Counted from the whole stretch's first letter, positions 45,566 through 60,230 are shown. The stretch is 63,546 bases of DNA, filler included, from Octopus bimaculoides (GCF_001194135.2; 3 parts of 2 records of this genome joined end to end with filler, not necessarily neighbours in it); one strand, 5' to 3'. The notes: generated by a model from the letters alone, not told the origin. Made by a program: numbers and translations.

Positions 45566-48455
45566 ATTGTTCATTCATAGTCTTATTGGCGTTATCCCTC
45601 TCGCATGCTATTTTCAGATATTAAACACCTTTAAGGGACATTCGAGTTTTTCGTCTCATTATTACTGGTTTTCTCTTCTGATTTTCTCCTCACAATAACT
45701 CCCGATTATTTTAATGCAATTTTCGTAAATTTCCATTTTGCAAGTCACCGCCTATTACTCGTAATACTCTTACGATTAATATCTGTATGTTTATTCCCTA
45801 AGCACATTCTTTCTTGCCTGAGACTCTAGTTTTTCCTTGTATATTCCAGCTCAGTACTTTACATAGAATTTTACATAATCTTTCACAAAGTAGGTAATCA
45901 GTTACTAAGCAGAAAAAGAAATCGTTATCACTAATTCAATGAATGGCCCTTTTTATTAACAAGTAAGCGGGGTCGGGTGGAATCCCAATTTTAAGGGGAG
46001 AAATAAAAAGAATGGCTCTTTCCAGGATCTTTATCTTCGGTTTTGAAAATGTTTGATAATTCTGAAAGGTACCAGTCATATCTTGTTGAACAGTATAGAT
46101 TCCTTAAATACTTTTAATCGTTATATCTTCAGAGCTCATACCTGTGTTAAGTGTACACTAACTTCACTGCTAATATCTGCAAACATTTGTTTAAAAAACG
46201 GTCGATTCTTTTCTAACAGCCAATCTCCTTGAAATTTACTGTGTTGAGAGTTTATAGAAATTTATATTTTTATTACTAGTCTCTGTTCGGTCAATAAACC
46301 AGTTTCATGTGGAACATTTGCTATTTTCATTCAATGTATTTTTTTCTTTCTCTGGTTTTCGTTTAGTTTGAGATATTGACTTCATTGATGCAATGAATCA
46401 CTTATTTATTAATGTGTTGGTATCATCCTTGCACGGCAAAGTAGATTTTCTTTTTACGCTGGTTTGTGTCACTGCTGTTTTCTATTGATTTCTAACCTTG
46501 GCATAAGGCCATACATTTTCAGGACGGTGTATTATCTATTATATCGAACCAAGCTTGTTTCATCAAATCTGGAAGTATAAAAGGCAAAGATAACGACAGC
46601 CAATTTCGAACTCAGAAGACCGAGTAATTTAAATAAACACCTTGGTATTTATTTAAATACTCTAAGGATATTTTTACCGCTTAAGCATGGCACTTGATAT
46701 TCTCAGGGCCTCTGTGGCTGGCGGGTGGAAGTTATCCTCAAACCGGAGGCCTGGTCTGAATGCTTGCAACAAGGAATTCTGCTAAAGGCATTCAAGGAAC
46801 AGGTGGTGGCACTAAACCAGGTGACGGGTTAAATCTACTATCCAGGAACTCAGGACATAAAAAGCTGGGACAAATATTGCAAGATTCCGTACGAGTACCT
46901 TGAAACCCACCACCCTAGACTAGTGGTTTATTTCACTGAATCCGAAAAGTGTAGTTGACCTCGAGAGGATTTGAATTCAGGGTGCAAAGAGCTAGAACAA
47001 ATACTGCACGTTCTCTATTGACATGACGACATTTTTATGTTAGTGATGAGTTGAACTGCAGGAAGGTTACATATATATCTTATTAACACCACTCTCTTCG
47101 TTTACATTGTTGTCTCCTTTAACAACAACATACATCTCAATTCTGTGTTTACAAGCTAGAACCATATAAGGATAAAAGGATAAAAGGATAATATGCAACT
47201 TTGCCTTTCATCTTTCGGGATCGATAAGATAAATACTTAGAAACCAATATTTCCTCTTTAGGATGTCATACCCTGAAATCCTTCTGAAATCCTTCTTTCC
47301 CAGAAGGTTTTGCGAAGTACACGAGCACTGTCCCTTCCCTGTCCTTTCCTTCTAACTAAAGTATTTTTAAAAAAATGATTCACCTTAGGTTCTCTCTTAC
47401 GAGTTTTTATGAAAGGTAACTTCCCACACTTCAAGTCATTTGTTTATTTATTTTTTAAAGAAATCAAGTCTTAAGAAAAAAAGAAAAATTATATTAAAAA
47501 AAAACTGAAAAGATTTCATTTAATTGTATCATATGTCTAAATCTGTGACCATTGTGAAGATCGTAGTCTAAGCAAAGTGTGTCAGACTGGCTAATGTAAT
47601 TNNNNNNNNNNNNNNNNNNNNNNNNNNNNNNNNNNNNNNNNNNNNNNNNNNNNNNNNNNNNNNNNNNNNNNNNNNNNNNNNNNNNNNNNNNNNNNNNNNN
47701 NNNNNNNNNNNNNNNNNNNNNNNNNNNNNNNNNNNNNNNNNNNNNNNNNNNNNNNNNNNNNNNNNNNNNNNNNNNNNNNNNNNNNNNNNNNNNNNNNNNN
47801 NNNNNNNNNNNNNNNNNNNNNNNNNNNNNNNNNNNNNNNNNNNNNNNNNNNNNNNNNNNNNNNNNNNNNNNNNNNNNNNNNNNNNNNNNNNNNNNNNNNN
47901 NNNNNNNNNNNNNNNNNNNNNNNNNNNNNNNNNNNNNNNNNNNNNNNNNNNNNNNNNNNNNNNNNNNNNNNNNNNNNNNNNNNNNNNNNNNNNNNNNNNN
48001 NNNNNNNNNNNNNNNNNNNNNNNNNNNNNNNNNNNNNNNNNNNNNNNNNNNNNNNNNNNNNNNNNNNNNNNNNNNNNNNNNNNNNNNNNNNNNNNNNNNN
48101 NNNNNNNNNNNNNNNNNNNNNNNNNNNNNNNNNNNNNNNNNNNNNNNNNNNNNNNNNNNNNNNNNNNNNNNNNNNNNNNNNNNNNNNNNNNNNNNNNNNN
48201 NNNNNNNNNNNNNNNNNNNNNNNNNNNNNNNNNNNNNNNNNNNNNNNNNNNNNNNNNNNNNNNNNNNNNNNNNNNNNNNNNNNNNNNNNNNNNNNNNNNN
48301 NNNNNNNNNNNNNNNNAAAATATTTTTTAATATATTTGAAGCTTTAACCGGTTTCACAGTTTACACTATTTTAACTATTCTCAGTGCATTTTCAACTTCT
48401 GTTTTTCCTATATTTCTACCCGTGTGGAATAAAATAACTATGTTATATATATATA

Positions 48456-48505
<50 letters not shown>

Positions 48506-50164
48506 TGTGTGTGTGTGAGTGTGTGTGTGTATATATAATTTCACTTCGTTTTGTTTTTGTTTTCCTCTTTCTGATTTTTGTTATTTCAAACCATGTATAA
48601 ATGTATGGTAAAATTAACAGCTTCTTACAATTCGAACAGAACTTGTTTACCTTCACTACTGAATGCACATTTTTTTTGCCGTTCTCACTGTTACACTATC
48701 ATTCATCTGGTTCCCAATGTAGGGTTGTGGTCGTTGCAAACAAAGTTTATTTTACTTCCTCCCATATAAAGCTATGTTTGCTAATTTGTTTTCGAATTTT
48801 TGTTTGTATTTACTCGTGAAAAAAAGAGGGTATTTAGAGCTCTTTATGCAGGTCGTGGTCTTTTATTACAGTCGTGTTCCAAGTGTGTGTGTATGTGCAT
48901 ATGCAAAGATAAGTACGTATATGAGCGTATATGCATCTATGTAAATATATGTACAAATACACATATATATAAATACACATATATGTAAATATATTCATAT
49001 ATTTGTATGTATTTATATATGTGTGTATGTATATGCACAGTCGAGCTGTTGGCGACTAAACCGGTAACCGTATCAAGCAAGCTTAGTAAGAAGGGTGGAT
49101 TTGTTGGACTCTGCAAGACAAAAACAAAAGCTGCCAAAGGGCAGATGAACTCAGTAGAGTTAACGGCCTTCCAATAGCTGGGAATGAGTAGTCTTTGTTT
49201 CGATATATTTCCAAGAGAAGGAAAGCTCTGATGAAATACCTGCAACTTCATTTGCATCCAGTGATGTAGACTAGTTCTTTCTTTTTCCTTTTGCGCAAAT
49301 GCAGACTTTGTTCTGAGTGGGATTGGTTCAGTGCAAGTCTGTCTGTCGAACTCGCGTGTGTTCACATATGTGTCACAAAATGCATAACTTAGTAATTCGA
49401 TAAGTATAGTTCGATAAAAGAAGTACGAGACTGGATTATCAACTAGGTTCATATGATCGCCTAAAAATTCCTGAAAGTGGAGCACAAGATTACAGCAATC
49501 TTAATGGCGGAAAGTGGTCGCAGAAAATACAGCATTCGAACTCGCTGCAAGCGTACTAGTGAATTTTTATTCATCAAATAATTTCTCTACCCCTATATTC
49601 TCCTTGGTGCAATAGTAATTTTATGAATATCGATATTTTCTCGGAAGGAAATGTGTTAATATTTCGTGTTAATATTATTAACACGAAGCAAGAAGAGGAC
49701 ATCTTAATTATATGTTGTTTAAATGGAATTTAAAATAAATATTCATAATTATCAATGTTGATATTTTCTGTGGGAGGTTAATTGATGTTGCTTATGATAT
49801 TTTTCCTTTTATGAATTTTATTGATTAAATTTCGTTTTTAACCTGTTTCTTCTTGCTATATCTAATAATTTTATGAATATTGAGTCTTTACAATATTCAT
49901 AAAATTACTAGTTATATCAATGATAAGAAGAAAAAAAAAGATTTGCTGAACATCTTACAGAATGCTAATTTGGTGAGTGATGTTTGCAAAATTTGCGAAG
50001 GATATGAAAAAAAGAAAAAACTTAGCTAATAGAAAAATAAAATTAATAAGAATTAAGTCATAATAATTGAATATATAAATATAAAATGCGTATATAAAAT
50101 TCTAAAATACTTAAAAAAAATTTTTCGAATTTAACTCACTTTTGTTGTTTTACTAATGCGAGTT

Positions 50165-50171
50165 TTCTTGG

Positions 50172-50236
<65 letters not shown>

Positions 50237-50265
50237 TATTATTATTATCATCATTATTATTATCT
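50165..50265 (+). repeat. (TAT)n microsatellite
   Basis: Directly visible. Confidence 0.95.
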
Positions 50266-52012
50266 TTTTCTTTACCCTTTAAATAGATAATTAACATGGC
50301 GCCTCTTTTGAAAAATAAAGTAATTTTCAAGATTTTAGCTGTGACATTTTTTGGCCATCCTCTCTGCCACCCTCATCACTCTGCCCACTTCTCCGTCCTC
50401 TCAATCTCCCATCCTTTCATCTGTCAAGTTTTCAAACACGAATGAAGAGATTTCCGCTTTCTTTTAACTGGTGATATATCTCTTTTGGCACACCTTCAAT
50501 CAAACTGCCATTCCTATTCTTTTGAAGTAAATATCAAATGAAACTCGCCTCCATCATTCGTTGCAATGAATTTGTTTGTTTTACATGTAACTTTTAAACA
50601 GATTACCACACCTTATTAACGTCTTGATTTCGTCGTAATTCTGTATTTGCTCAACTTCCCTTCTTCGTCCAGTATCTTGAACAAAGACAAATAAACGTAT
50701 AAAAACCGTATTTTTATTTATTTTAAAATNNNNNNNNNNNNNNNNNNNNNNNNNNNNNNNNNNNNNNNNNNNNTTAATTAATTAANNNNNNNNNNNNNNN
50801 NNNNNNNNNNNNNNNNNNNNNNNNNNNNNTTCTTCGTCTCTTTGCTGCAAAACGCACCGGGTAATAAAGAAATAGGTGTTAAAATAAATATAAATTTACT
50901 TCAGACACGCGTGTGTCCCGAATTCTTCTTTACAATATCTTTAGGGAAATAAAGGATGTAGCTTCAGCTGGTAAATGGAGGAATGCTTATAAGGAGCCAG
51001 CATTCACTTTCAAACAAAGATCGGTTGTACCATGCTTTCGTTAAGTTAGAAGTTCGCTTCGCAATCACGTAATTTCTGGTCCTGTTCCGTTGCGCGACAC
51101 TTTGGGAAATTGTCTTTCTTTTATAACCCCGGGATGATCAAGGCTTTATGAGTGACTATCATAGATGGAAACATTGTGAAAGCTCGTCTACATAGATTCA
51201 CACATAGATTCTATAGGTGGAGGCAATAGAAACATAAGCACATAGCAAAGACGCCAAACAGCGATATGGAACCATGGCTCATATGGTTGGGAAGCGAACT
51301 TTTTGATCACTCAGGCATACCTTTCCTCAATCACACACACATATGCACACACACACACAGACATGCATACAGACACACAGACACACACATACGCACGCAC
51401 GCACACATACACTTGTATGAAGTGTGCATATAAGGTGAGTGAATACCATTTAGCAAATTGTGTAATACAGCGCTTAGTCTTCATTCGATCAGCATGCTTA
51501 AGCAGATAATTTTACTCATCTCCTCTCACAAATGTTTAGTCACATCTCTCATCTTACACCACACATTTCCCACTCTACACCCCACACCACAGATAATACA
51601 TTGCACCTCTTCTATCGTACTCTACGCATCACATAGCTTACGCCATACATGTGACATCCTCATCCGAACGTTCAATGTCGTCTGCGCGTATATCTGCTGC
51701 GTTATAATACCGCGATTAATTTAGATATTCGGCATTTGGGTAACAATATACTGAAATGTTGAGAAAGAGCGAGTGAAGAGCGTCTTTAAATAAACCTAGA
51801 TGGCTCTAAATCTCATTGGAGACGACATTGATAATCTTATTATATTAAATCAACATTTATCTCTGAAGAAATCTGGCGAGGAAGTATGGAGAGAGTGTCC
51901 AAGAGACACTTTCATGTAAATGTATGTATGTGTATGTAAGTATGTGGATGTGCGTGCGTGTGTGTGTGCGCATGTACGTACGTATGTATGCATACATGTC
52001 TATATATATATG

Positions 52013-52049
<37 letters not shown>

Positions 52050-52559
52050 NNNNNNNNNNNNNNNNNNNNNNNNNNNNNNNNNNNNNNNNNNNNNNNNNNN
52101 NNNNNNNNNNNNNNNNNNNNNNNNNNNNNNNNNNNNNNNNNNNNNNNNNNNNNNNNNNNNNNNNNNNNNNNNNNNNNNNNNNNNNNNNNNNNNNNNNNNN
52201 NNNNNNNNNNNNNNNNNNNNNNNNNNNNNNNNNNNNNNNNNNNNNNNNNNNNNNNNNNNNNNNNNNNNNNNNNNNNNNNNNNNNNNNNNNNNNNNNNNNN
52301 NNNNNNNNNNNNNNNNNNNNNNNNNNNNNNNNNNNNNNNNNNNNNNNNNNNNNNNNNNNNNNNNNNNNNNNNNNNNNNNNNNNNNNNNNNNNNNNNNNNN
52401 NNNNNNNNNNNNNNNNNNNNNNNNNNNNNNNNNNNNNNNNNNNNNNNNNNNNNNNNNNNNNNNNNNNNNNNNNNNNNNNNNNNNNNNNNNNNNNNNNNNN
52501 NNNNNNNNNNNNNNNNNNNNNNNNNNNNNNNNATATATATTTACATGCATGCATAAATA

Positions 52560-52648
<89 letters not shown>

Positions 52649-53114
52649 TATATATAGATAGATAGATAGACAGCTGAGTATTGTGAATCATTATATATCT
52701 TCACAGATATGAACTCACTATTTATCTTCCTTTAGTTAAATATCCTGATTAGATTAGAGTCGTTATTAAAACTTAATCGCCTTCAGCACTAAATACTTTG
52801 TATAACATACACCTACACACACACCTGCACACACACGCATACGAGCGCGCGCGCACACACACGCACACGCACATACAGAGAATAAGTGCACTAGTATCGA
52901 CATTAATAAACACTGTCATTATAGTTACAGTAGTAGCAGCCACATTATAACTGAGTGCTCAGCAGTTTTGAGGGGAGGGGCAAGTCGAATATATTAGCCA
53001 CCATGAGTGTGGTTAAAAAAGGGATCGCTTTGCAACCATAAGGTCACGGTTTCATATCACCGTTTGGTATCTTGAGCAAGTGTTTTATTTTCTGTAGCCT
53101 GTGGATAAGAAGTT

Positions 53115-53245
53115 CAGCGTGTAACCGATAGAATAAGCACTAGGCTTACAAAGAATAAGTCCTGGGGTCGAATTTCTCGACTAAAGGCGGTGCTCCAGCA
53201 TGGCCGCAGTCAAATGACTGAAACAAGTAAAGGAGTAATAGAGTA
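53115..53245 (+). mobile_element. SINE family A, 3' half
   Basis: accgatagaataagcactaggcttacaaagaataagtcctggggtcga...ggccgcagtcaaatgactgaaacaagtaaa. Confidence 0.8.
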
Positions 53246-54194
53246 AACCGTAATCATCTCGTGGCTCTTTCACCAGAAGTGAAATAACAAAATCTCGAAT
53301 GTGGTATGACAGAAAATAGTGTAAAGCACGATGGTTAGGCGATTGTATACACAGGTCAGACGATGTACGCGTTTGTCACCTCTTCCCAGCGTAATTCTTG
53401 GTGAGACTGGACATCCTGTTTATAGCCTTGTCCAAGATAAACGATATCTTAAAATTAATCACGAGATGATCAGCGGCTTAATACTGCATTCGATCAAAGT
53501 TCAACTGATTATAATATTAAAACTTGACTTCGAACTTAAGGAGACCGACTTTTAAACAAGTTGATTAGGGTTTAAGGAGGAAAAAAAAAGTAGAGAAAAG
53601 ACCAGTACTCCCGCCTTTCAACTTTCGACTCCTTATTTAGGACACATTACCAAAACCACTCTTTCTTCGAAATCAATGAAATTCAAGTAGAATGACGGAC
53701 TGAAGGGCAGAGCTCGGAATTAGCAAATAAAAAAGTACTAGTTTAGCTTCTGTTTGCTAGAAACGAGGCCCCTACTCACTTTAATGGCTATCATATCTAT
53801 AGTTATTCAGCTGCCTGCCGTACGCGGGTGATTGAGTTAACTTTGCAAATCATTTGGTTTTGTGTTCTGTTTTACTGCGCGACACGTTCTGCAAATATCT
53901 TCTACTGTAGGTTCATGTAGGCAGAAACTGAACGGAATTCCATAACACACGCACACACACACACACACACGCAACATATGTGTGTGTGTGTATATATACA
54001 TATATATATTTTTTCTAATATATATATATCGTAACATATGGAAGAGATGTCTCCCTGGGGTTATAAACGTCAGTAGCACAGTCCCGTATAGGACGCTACA
54101 CTTGGTTGGCAATTATATATTACGATTCCATATTGGTGCTGTTTATATCTCGCCCAGAGATTTAATGTAGCTATATATACATATATATTCTTTT

Positions 54195-54443
54195 AGTCAT
54201 TTATTCTTTCACTGGTTTCAATTTGACTCCAGCCTTACTGGAGTACTACCTTGAAAAGTTTCAGTCGAAGAAATCGACCCCAGGACTTATTCTTTGTAAG
54301 CGTAGTACCTATTCTATAGATCCCTTTTGCCGAACCGCTAAGTTTCGGGGACATAAACACACCAGCATCGGTTGTCAAGAGTTGGGTGGGAGTAGCGGAC
54401 AAACACACACATACATACACACAAATATATATATATATATATA
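54195..54443 (-). mobile_element. SINE family A, 3' half on the minus strand (head side in or after the gap)
   Basis: Reverse complement of the family A body and tail (gaccccaggacttattctttgtaag, gccgaaccgctaagtt, gcatcggttgtcaag). Confidence 0.8.
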
Positions 54444-55349
54444 NNNNNNNNNNNNNNNNNNNNNNNNNNNNNNNNNNNNNNNNNNNNNNNNNNNNNNNNN
54501 NNNNNNNNNNNNNNNNNNNNNNNNNNNNNNNNNNNNNNNNNNNNNNNNNNNNNNNNNNNNNNNNNNNNNNNNNNNNNNNNNNNNNNNNNNNNNNNNNNNN
54601 NNNNNNNNNNNNNNNNNNNNNNNNNNNNNNNNNNNNNNNNNNNNNNNNNNNNNNNNNNNNNNNNNNNNNNNNNNNNNNNNNNNNNNNNNNNNNNNNNNNN
54701 NNNNNNNNNNNNNNNNNNNNNNNNNNNNNNNNNNNNNNNNNNNNNNNNNNNNNNNNNNNNNNNNNNNNNNNNNNNNNNNNNNNNNNNNNNNNNNNNNNNN
54801 NNNNNNNNNNNNNNNNNNNNNNNNNNNNNNNNNNNNNNNNNNNNNNNNNNNNNNNNNNNNNNNNNNNNNNNNNNNNNNNNNNNNNNNNNNNNNNNNNNNN
54901 NNNNNNNNNNNNNNNNNNNNNNNNNNNNNNNNNNNNNNNNNNNNNNNNNNNNNNNNNNNNNNNNNNNNNNNNNNNNNNNNNNNNNNNNNNNNNNNNNNNN
55001 NNNNNNNNNNNNNNNNNNNNNNNNNNNNNNNNNNNNNNCTATCTTAATGAATAAAAATTCTTCTGATAGAATAAATGGGTTAATAGAAACCAATGTAGCA
55101 AAGAACACAAAATAACTGTGGTTTAGTTCCTGTTTTTAAGGCAGGAACTCCTTGAAATTTTGGGTATTTGAGTATATTTAAGAATTTAAGGAATGGAGAA
55201 AACGCATGTTATAATTGCATACTTTATTCCTACATATGTTTCAAAGGATTACAACCTGTGTGATCCATAGGGATCTTTGATATTAAAATTGTAACCTTCT
55301 CATCAGGGAAAGCATGGGAATCATCTTAAACGTAGGACATTATGACCGA

Positions 55350-55350
55350 T

Positions 55351-55381
<31 letters not shown>

Positions 55382-55548
55382 CTACGACAGGCTTCTTTTC
55401 AGTTTCCGTCTACCAGATCCACTCATAAGGCTTTGGTCGGTCCGAGGCTAGAGCAGAAAACATCTACCCAAGGTACCACGTAGTAGCACTGAACCTGCGA
55501 CCATGTGGTTGGGAAGCAAGCTTCTTACAGCACAACAATGCCTGCGCA
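55350..55548 (-). mobile_element. SINE family A, 5' half
   Basis: The reverse complement reads gcgcaggcattgttgtgctgtaagaagcttgcttcccaaccacatggtcgcaggttcagt...gaccaaagccttatgagtggatctggtagacggaaactgaaaag. Confidence 0.8.
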
Positions 55549-57267
55549 TAATATAGTGAATCCGTCTTGTGGCAATGGTACAAACCAATGTTACGGTTCT
55601 TCGAATTTCTAGTAATAACAGCTAAACCTCTCTATTTTTTGTTTTAGTTATTTATTTTTTTTTTCAAATCCCAGAAGGACGCATTGAACAATGTACTCGT
55701 CTACTCTTTTACTTGTTTCAGTCATTTGACTGCGGCCATGCTGGAGCACCGCTTTTAGTCGAGAAAATGTAGCTCATAATTATTTCGAGCCGACGTGTGT
55801 GTCAAGGCTGAATCGTAACTAATTATAGATGTCTGTTCTATTCAGAGCTGCCAATTCGGGGGGGGGGGGGTGCCGCTGCAGCCTCAGCAGGATCAGCAGC
55901 AACAGAAACAACAACAACAACAAAACAGAAGCAGCGGCTGCAACAGCAGCAGCCCTCGTTACACTTAATTAGCTCACTAGTACTAGGTGTGAGAAATATT
56001 CTATATATAAAGGTGATTGCTTAAAACCAGCAGCAACAACACCAATAATGATAAAAATGTTGATATTTTTGGAAACTCTACGAAATCGTAATTACCTAGA
56101 TGATATTAATAGCTGTTTTATATTTAGTGCGTGTGTGTGTGTGGGGGGGGGGTGTATGTGCGTATGTGTGTGTTTGTGTGTGTGGGTGTGTCTGCGTTTC
56201 TTCTATTTTTTTCTACCCCCTCTTTCGTTTTACTGCAGCAGGACTTACGTAAATATATCACTGTACTTTGGTAAAAACATGCATTCATACACACATACAA
56301 ATACACACACACACACACGCACACGCGCGTGCCTACATATATGTATATATATATGTTTATAATATGAATTATATATATATATATGTGTGTTTGTGTGTGT
56401 GTATGTTGTGTATATATATATATATATATNNNNNNNNNNNNNNNNNNNNNNNNNNNNNNNNNNNNNNNNNNNNNNNNNNNNNNNNNNNNNNNNNNNNNNN
56501 NNNNNNNNNNNNNNNNNNNNNNNNNNNNNNNNNNNNNNNNNNNNNNNNNNNNNNNNNNNNNNNNNNNNNNNNNNNNNNNNNNNNNNNNNNNNNNNNNNNN
56601 NNNNNNNNNNNNNNNNNNNNNNNNNNNNNNNNNNNNNNNNNNNNNNNNNNNNNNNNNNNNNNNNNNNNNNNNNNNNNNNNNNNNNNNNNNNNNNNNNNNN
56701 NNNNNNNNNNNNNNNNNNNNNNNNNNNNNNNNNNNNNNNNNNNNNNNNNNNNNNNNNNNNNNNNNNNNNNNNNNNNNNNNNNNNNNNNNNNNNNNNNNNN
56801 NNNNNNNNNNNNNNNNNNNNNNNNNNNNNNNNNNNNNNNNNNNNNNNNNNNNNNNNNNNNNNNNNNNNNNNNNNNNNNNNNNNNNNNNNNNNNNNNNNNN
56901 NNNNNNNNNNNNNNNNNNNNNNNNNNNNNNNNNNNNNNNNNNNNNNNNNNNNNNNNNNNNNNNNNNNNNNNNNNNNNNNNNNNNNNNNNNNNNNNNNNNN
57001 NNNNNNNNNNNNNNNNNNNNNNNNNNNNNNNNNNNNNNNNNNNNNNNNNNNNNNNNNNNNNNNNNNNNNNNNNNNNNNNNNNNNNNNNNNNNNNNNNNNN
57101 NNNNNNNNNNNNNNNNNNNNNNNNNNNNNNNNNNNNNNNNNNNNNNNNNNNNNNNNNNNNNNNNNNNNNNNNNNNNNNNNNNNNNNNNNNNNNNNNNNNN
57201 NNNNNNNNNNNNNNNNNNNNNNNNNNNNNNNNNNNNNNNNNNNNNNNNNNNNNNNNNNNNNNNNNNN

Positions 57268-57331
<64 letters not shown>

Positions 57332-57394
57332 GGGATTCTGATTTCAAGTCTTACAGGTTTTGGTTAATCTACATCACTTCGTAGGGAGCATAGG

Positions 57395-57625
57395 GCCAGT
57401 GCATGGTTTAGTGGTTAGGGTGTTGAAGTCATGATTGTAAGATTGTGGTTTCTATTTCTGGACCGGGCGAAACGTTGTGTTCTTGAAAAAAAAAAAACAA
57501 AAAAAACCCCTTCATTTCACGTTGCTCTAGTTCACTCAGCCGGTAAAAATGCGTAACCCTACGACGGACCGGCGTCCCATTCAGGGTGGAATAAGGGCTA
57601 GCTTTACGTTTCATAATTACGTGGC
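57395..57625 (+). mobile_element. SINE family C
   Basis: gcatggtttagtggttagggtgttgaagtcatgattgtaagattgtggtttctatttctggaccgggcg...ttcacgttgctctagttcactcagccggtaaaa...cggaccggcgtcccattcaggg. Confidence 0.75.
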
Positions 57626-59242
57626 CAAAAAAAAAAAAAAAAAAAAAAAAGCAGCAATTAAGGTCTGGGTTCGGGTTCATTCAGAATTAATGAAATAGAT
57701 TCTATCAGATTGTTTAACCTGCTAGAAATAGCAGGCAATCCTTCGGTAAATCTCTCTCTTCGAGTGGAAAAAAAAAATAGAAAGTTGCATTGGATGATAT
57801 AGTACTGATTGCGTTATGTCTGGATAAAAGACAGGATGGTCACGGATAGCAGGAATTATTTTGACCGTATGTCTGCTCGGTCGGGGTTGATTTAAGAGGA
57901 AAGAGCAACAGCAACCAACAACAACAACAACAACAGCAACATTAATGACAACAACAAAAACAATATTAAGAAAAATTGCGCAGTATGTTTATTTCCGTTT
58001 ACAAGTGGCAACAAATGCACAAATGTAAAAATGCACCGGTGCACCAGTGCAGTGCACCAATGCACTAATTAATGTACCAGATGTACCTCTACCCTTGAAG
58101 GTCTCTTATCAGCGTTGTCTGAGTTTGTTTTGGAAATTTATCTTAATGAACGTGTGATAAGGACGAAATAGACAGACATAACTAATGTACGCTTCACGAA
58201 CACCACTGCCACCGCCGCCCCCCAGCTTCAGTAAAACGGGTTCCNNNNNNNNNNNNNNNNNNNNNNNNNNNNNNNNNNNNNNNNNNNNNNNNNNNNNNNN
58301 NNNNNNNNNNNNNNNNNNNNNNNNNNNNNNNNNNNNNNNNNNNNNNNNNNNNNNNNNNNNNNNNNNNNNNNNNNNNNNNNNNNNNNNNNNNNNNNNNNNN
58401 NNNNNNNNNNNNNNNNNNNNNNNNNNNNNNNNNNNNNNNNNNNNNNNNNNNNNNNNNNNNNNNNNNNNNNNNNNNNNNNNNNNNNNNNNNNNNNNNNNNN
58501 NNNNNNNNNNNNNNNNNNNNNNNNNNNNNNNNNNNNNNNNNNNNNNNNNNNNNNNNNNNNNNNNNNNNNNNNNNNNNNNNNNNNNNNNNNNNNNNNNNNN
58601 NNNNNNNNNNNNNNNNNNNNNNNNNNNNNNNNNNNNNNNNNNNNNNNNNNNNNNNNNNNNNNNNNNNNNNNNNNNNNNNNNNNNNNNNNNNNNNNNNNNN
58701 NNNNNNNNNNNNNNNNNNNNNNNNNNNNNNNNNNNNNNNNNNNNNNNNNNNNNNNNNNNNNNNNNNNNNNNNNNNNNNNNNNNNNNNNNCCACCACCACC
58801 ACCACCACCACCACCACGACTATCACCACCACCACCACCACCACCGACGCCACAACCGACACTACCACAGCAAACACTACAACAACCACAACAATAACCA
58901 CAGCAACATTACTATCACCACCTCCGACACCACGACTACCGCCGCCGACATTTCCACTGCCCCACAAATCTACAGTCACCTCTCACCAATATTCTACAAA
59001 CCGGTCGCGTGACCTTAATTACTTTGATCAGAGAAGTGAAATCAATTTTTCACGTGTAGTACATAGTTTAAGGAAAATTCCAATTTAAAACACACACGCA
59101 CATTCATATATACATACATATATATCTACACACAGACATATACGTATATTTGCATACATTTATACATTCATATATATGTTTACATACATACGCACATAAA
59201 GAGATACATACATACATGCACATCTACATACACACACACACA

Positions 59243-59296
<54 letters not shown>

Positions 59297-59341
59297 TACA
59301 TATATATACACATATATATACATACATACACACACACACAC

Positions 59342-59381
<40 letters not shown>

Positions 59382-59779
59382 CACGCACACATATATATTC
59401 ATATACGTGTGTGTATATGTATATAAATATATCATATATATATGTACATACAAATGTATGTATGCGTGTATGTGTTTGCACGCGTGTTTGTTGTGAATAG
59501 ATATGTTTCACCAATTTAAATGACTATTACTTTTATCTTATCAATATTTCAAAAGTAGGTTAACAACCCGCGTGTTTTGCAAACGTTTAATGTATTTTCG
59601 TCACCTATAACCGTCGTCTACAATCTCAAATTTAATAAAAACTTGTAATTTTCCAATTTGTTGACCTTCAGCATGTGATATTCTGCTATTTCGATTTATA
59701 TTTTTACTCTAAAATCCATTGCGAATATTAGCACTCATCTCGCCGGATTGTTCAGTTTTCATGGCTTATAGGTGACCGA

Positions 59780-59955
59780 GATCACAACAGTTCCCCTGAA
59801 CGGGACGCCAGTCCATTGCAGGGTTACTCATTACTGCTGAATGAATTAGAGCAGCGTGAACTGAAGTGTTTTACTCAAGAACACAACGTACCACCCGGTT
59901 CGGGAATCGAAATCACAATCTTGTGAATGAAACACCGTAACCACTAATACGCTCA
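59780..59955 (-). mobile_element. SINE family C
   Basis: Reverse complement of the family C head and body (gtggttacggtgtttcattcacaagattgtgatttcgattcccgaaccggg...gtgttcttgagtaaaacacttc). Confidence 0.75.
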
Positions 59956-59999
59956 ACTTCCTCACTACGAATTATATCTAAAAAAATTCCAGGTGTCTT

Positions 60000-60230
60000 T
60001 TTGTTCTAAAGATATGCTCCGTCAGGTGTGGGACGTTTGGATCTTTCTGACTTGGAGAATGGCATTGCATATTCAGACAGTAACAGATATATCCGCAAGG
60101 ACTTCATTTGACCATTTGTTTCCATATACTTTTCAAATGTGGAGATATGTTTGTGAGATATTTCATGCTGCTCATCAGAGACATTACCAAACCGTTCAGA
60201 GATAAAGGGCAAATAAAAATACAAGCAACG
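60000..60230 (-). mobile_element. Decayed DNA-transposon C-terminal fragment, Sola-like
   Basis: FGNVSDEQHEISHKHISTFEK resembles the LGAVSDEHGERFHQDISTMEKRYQG motif that I associate from memory with Sola-type transposases. Confidence 0.45.
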
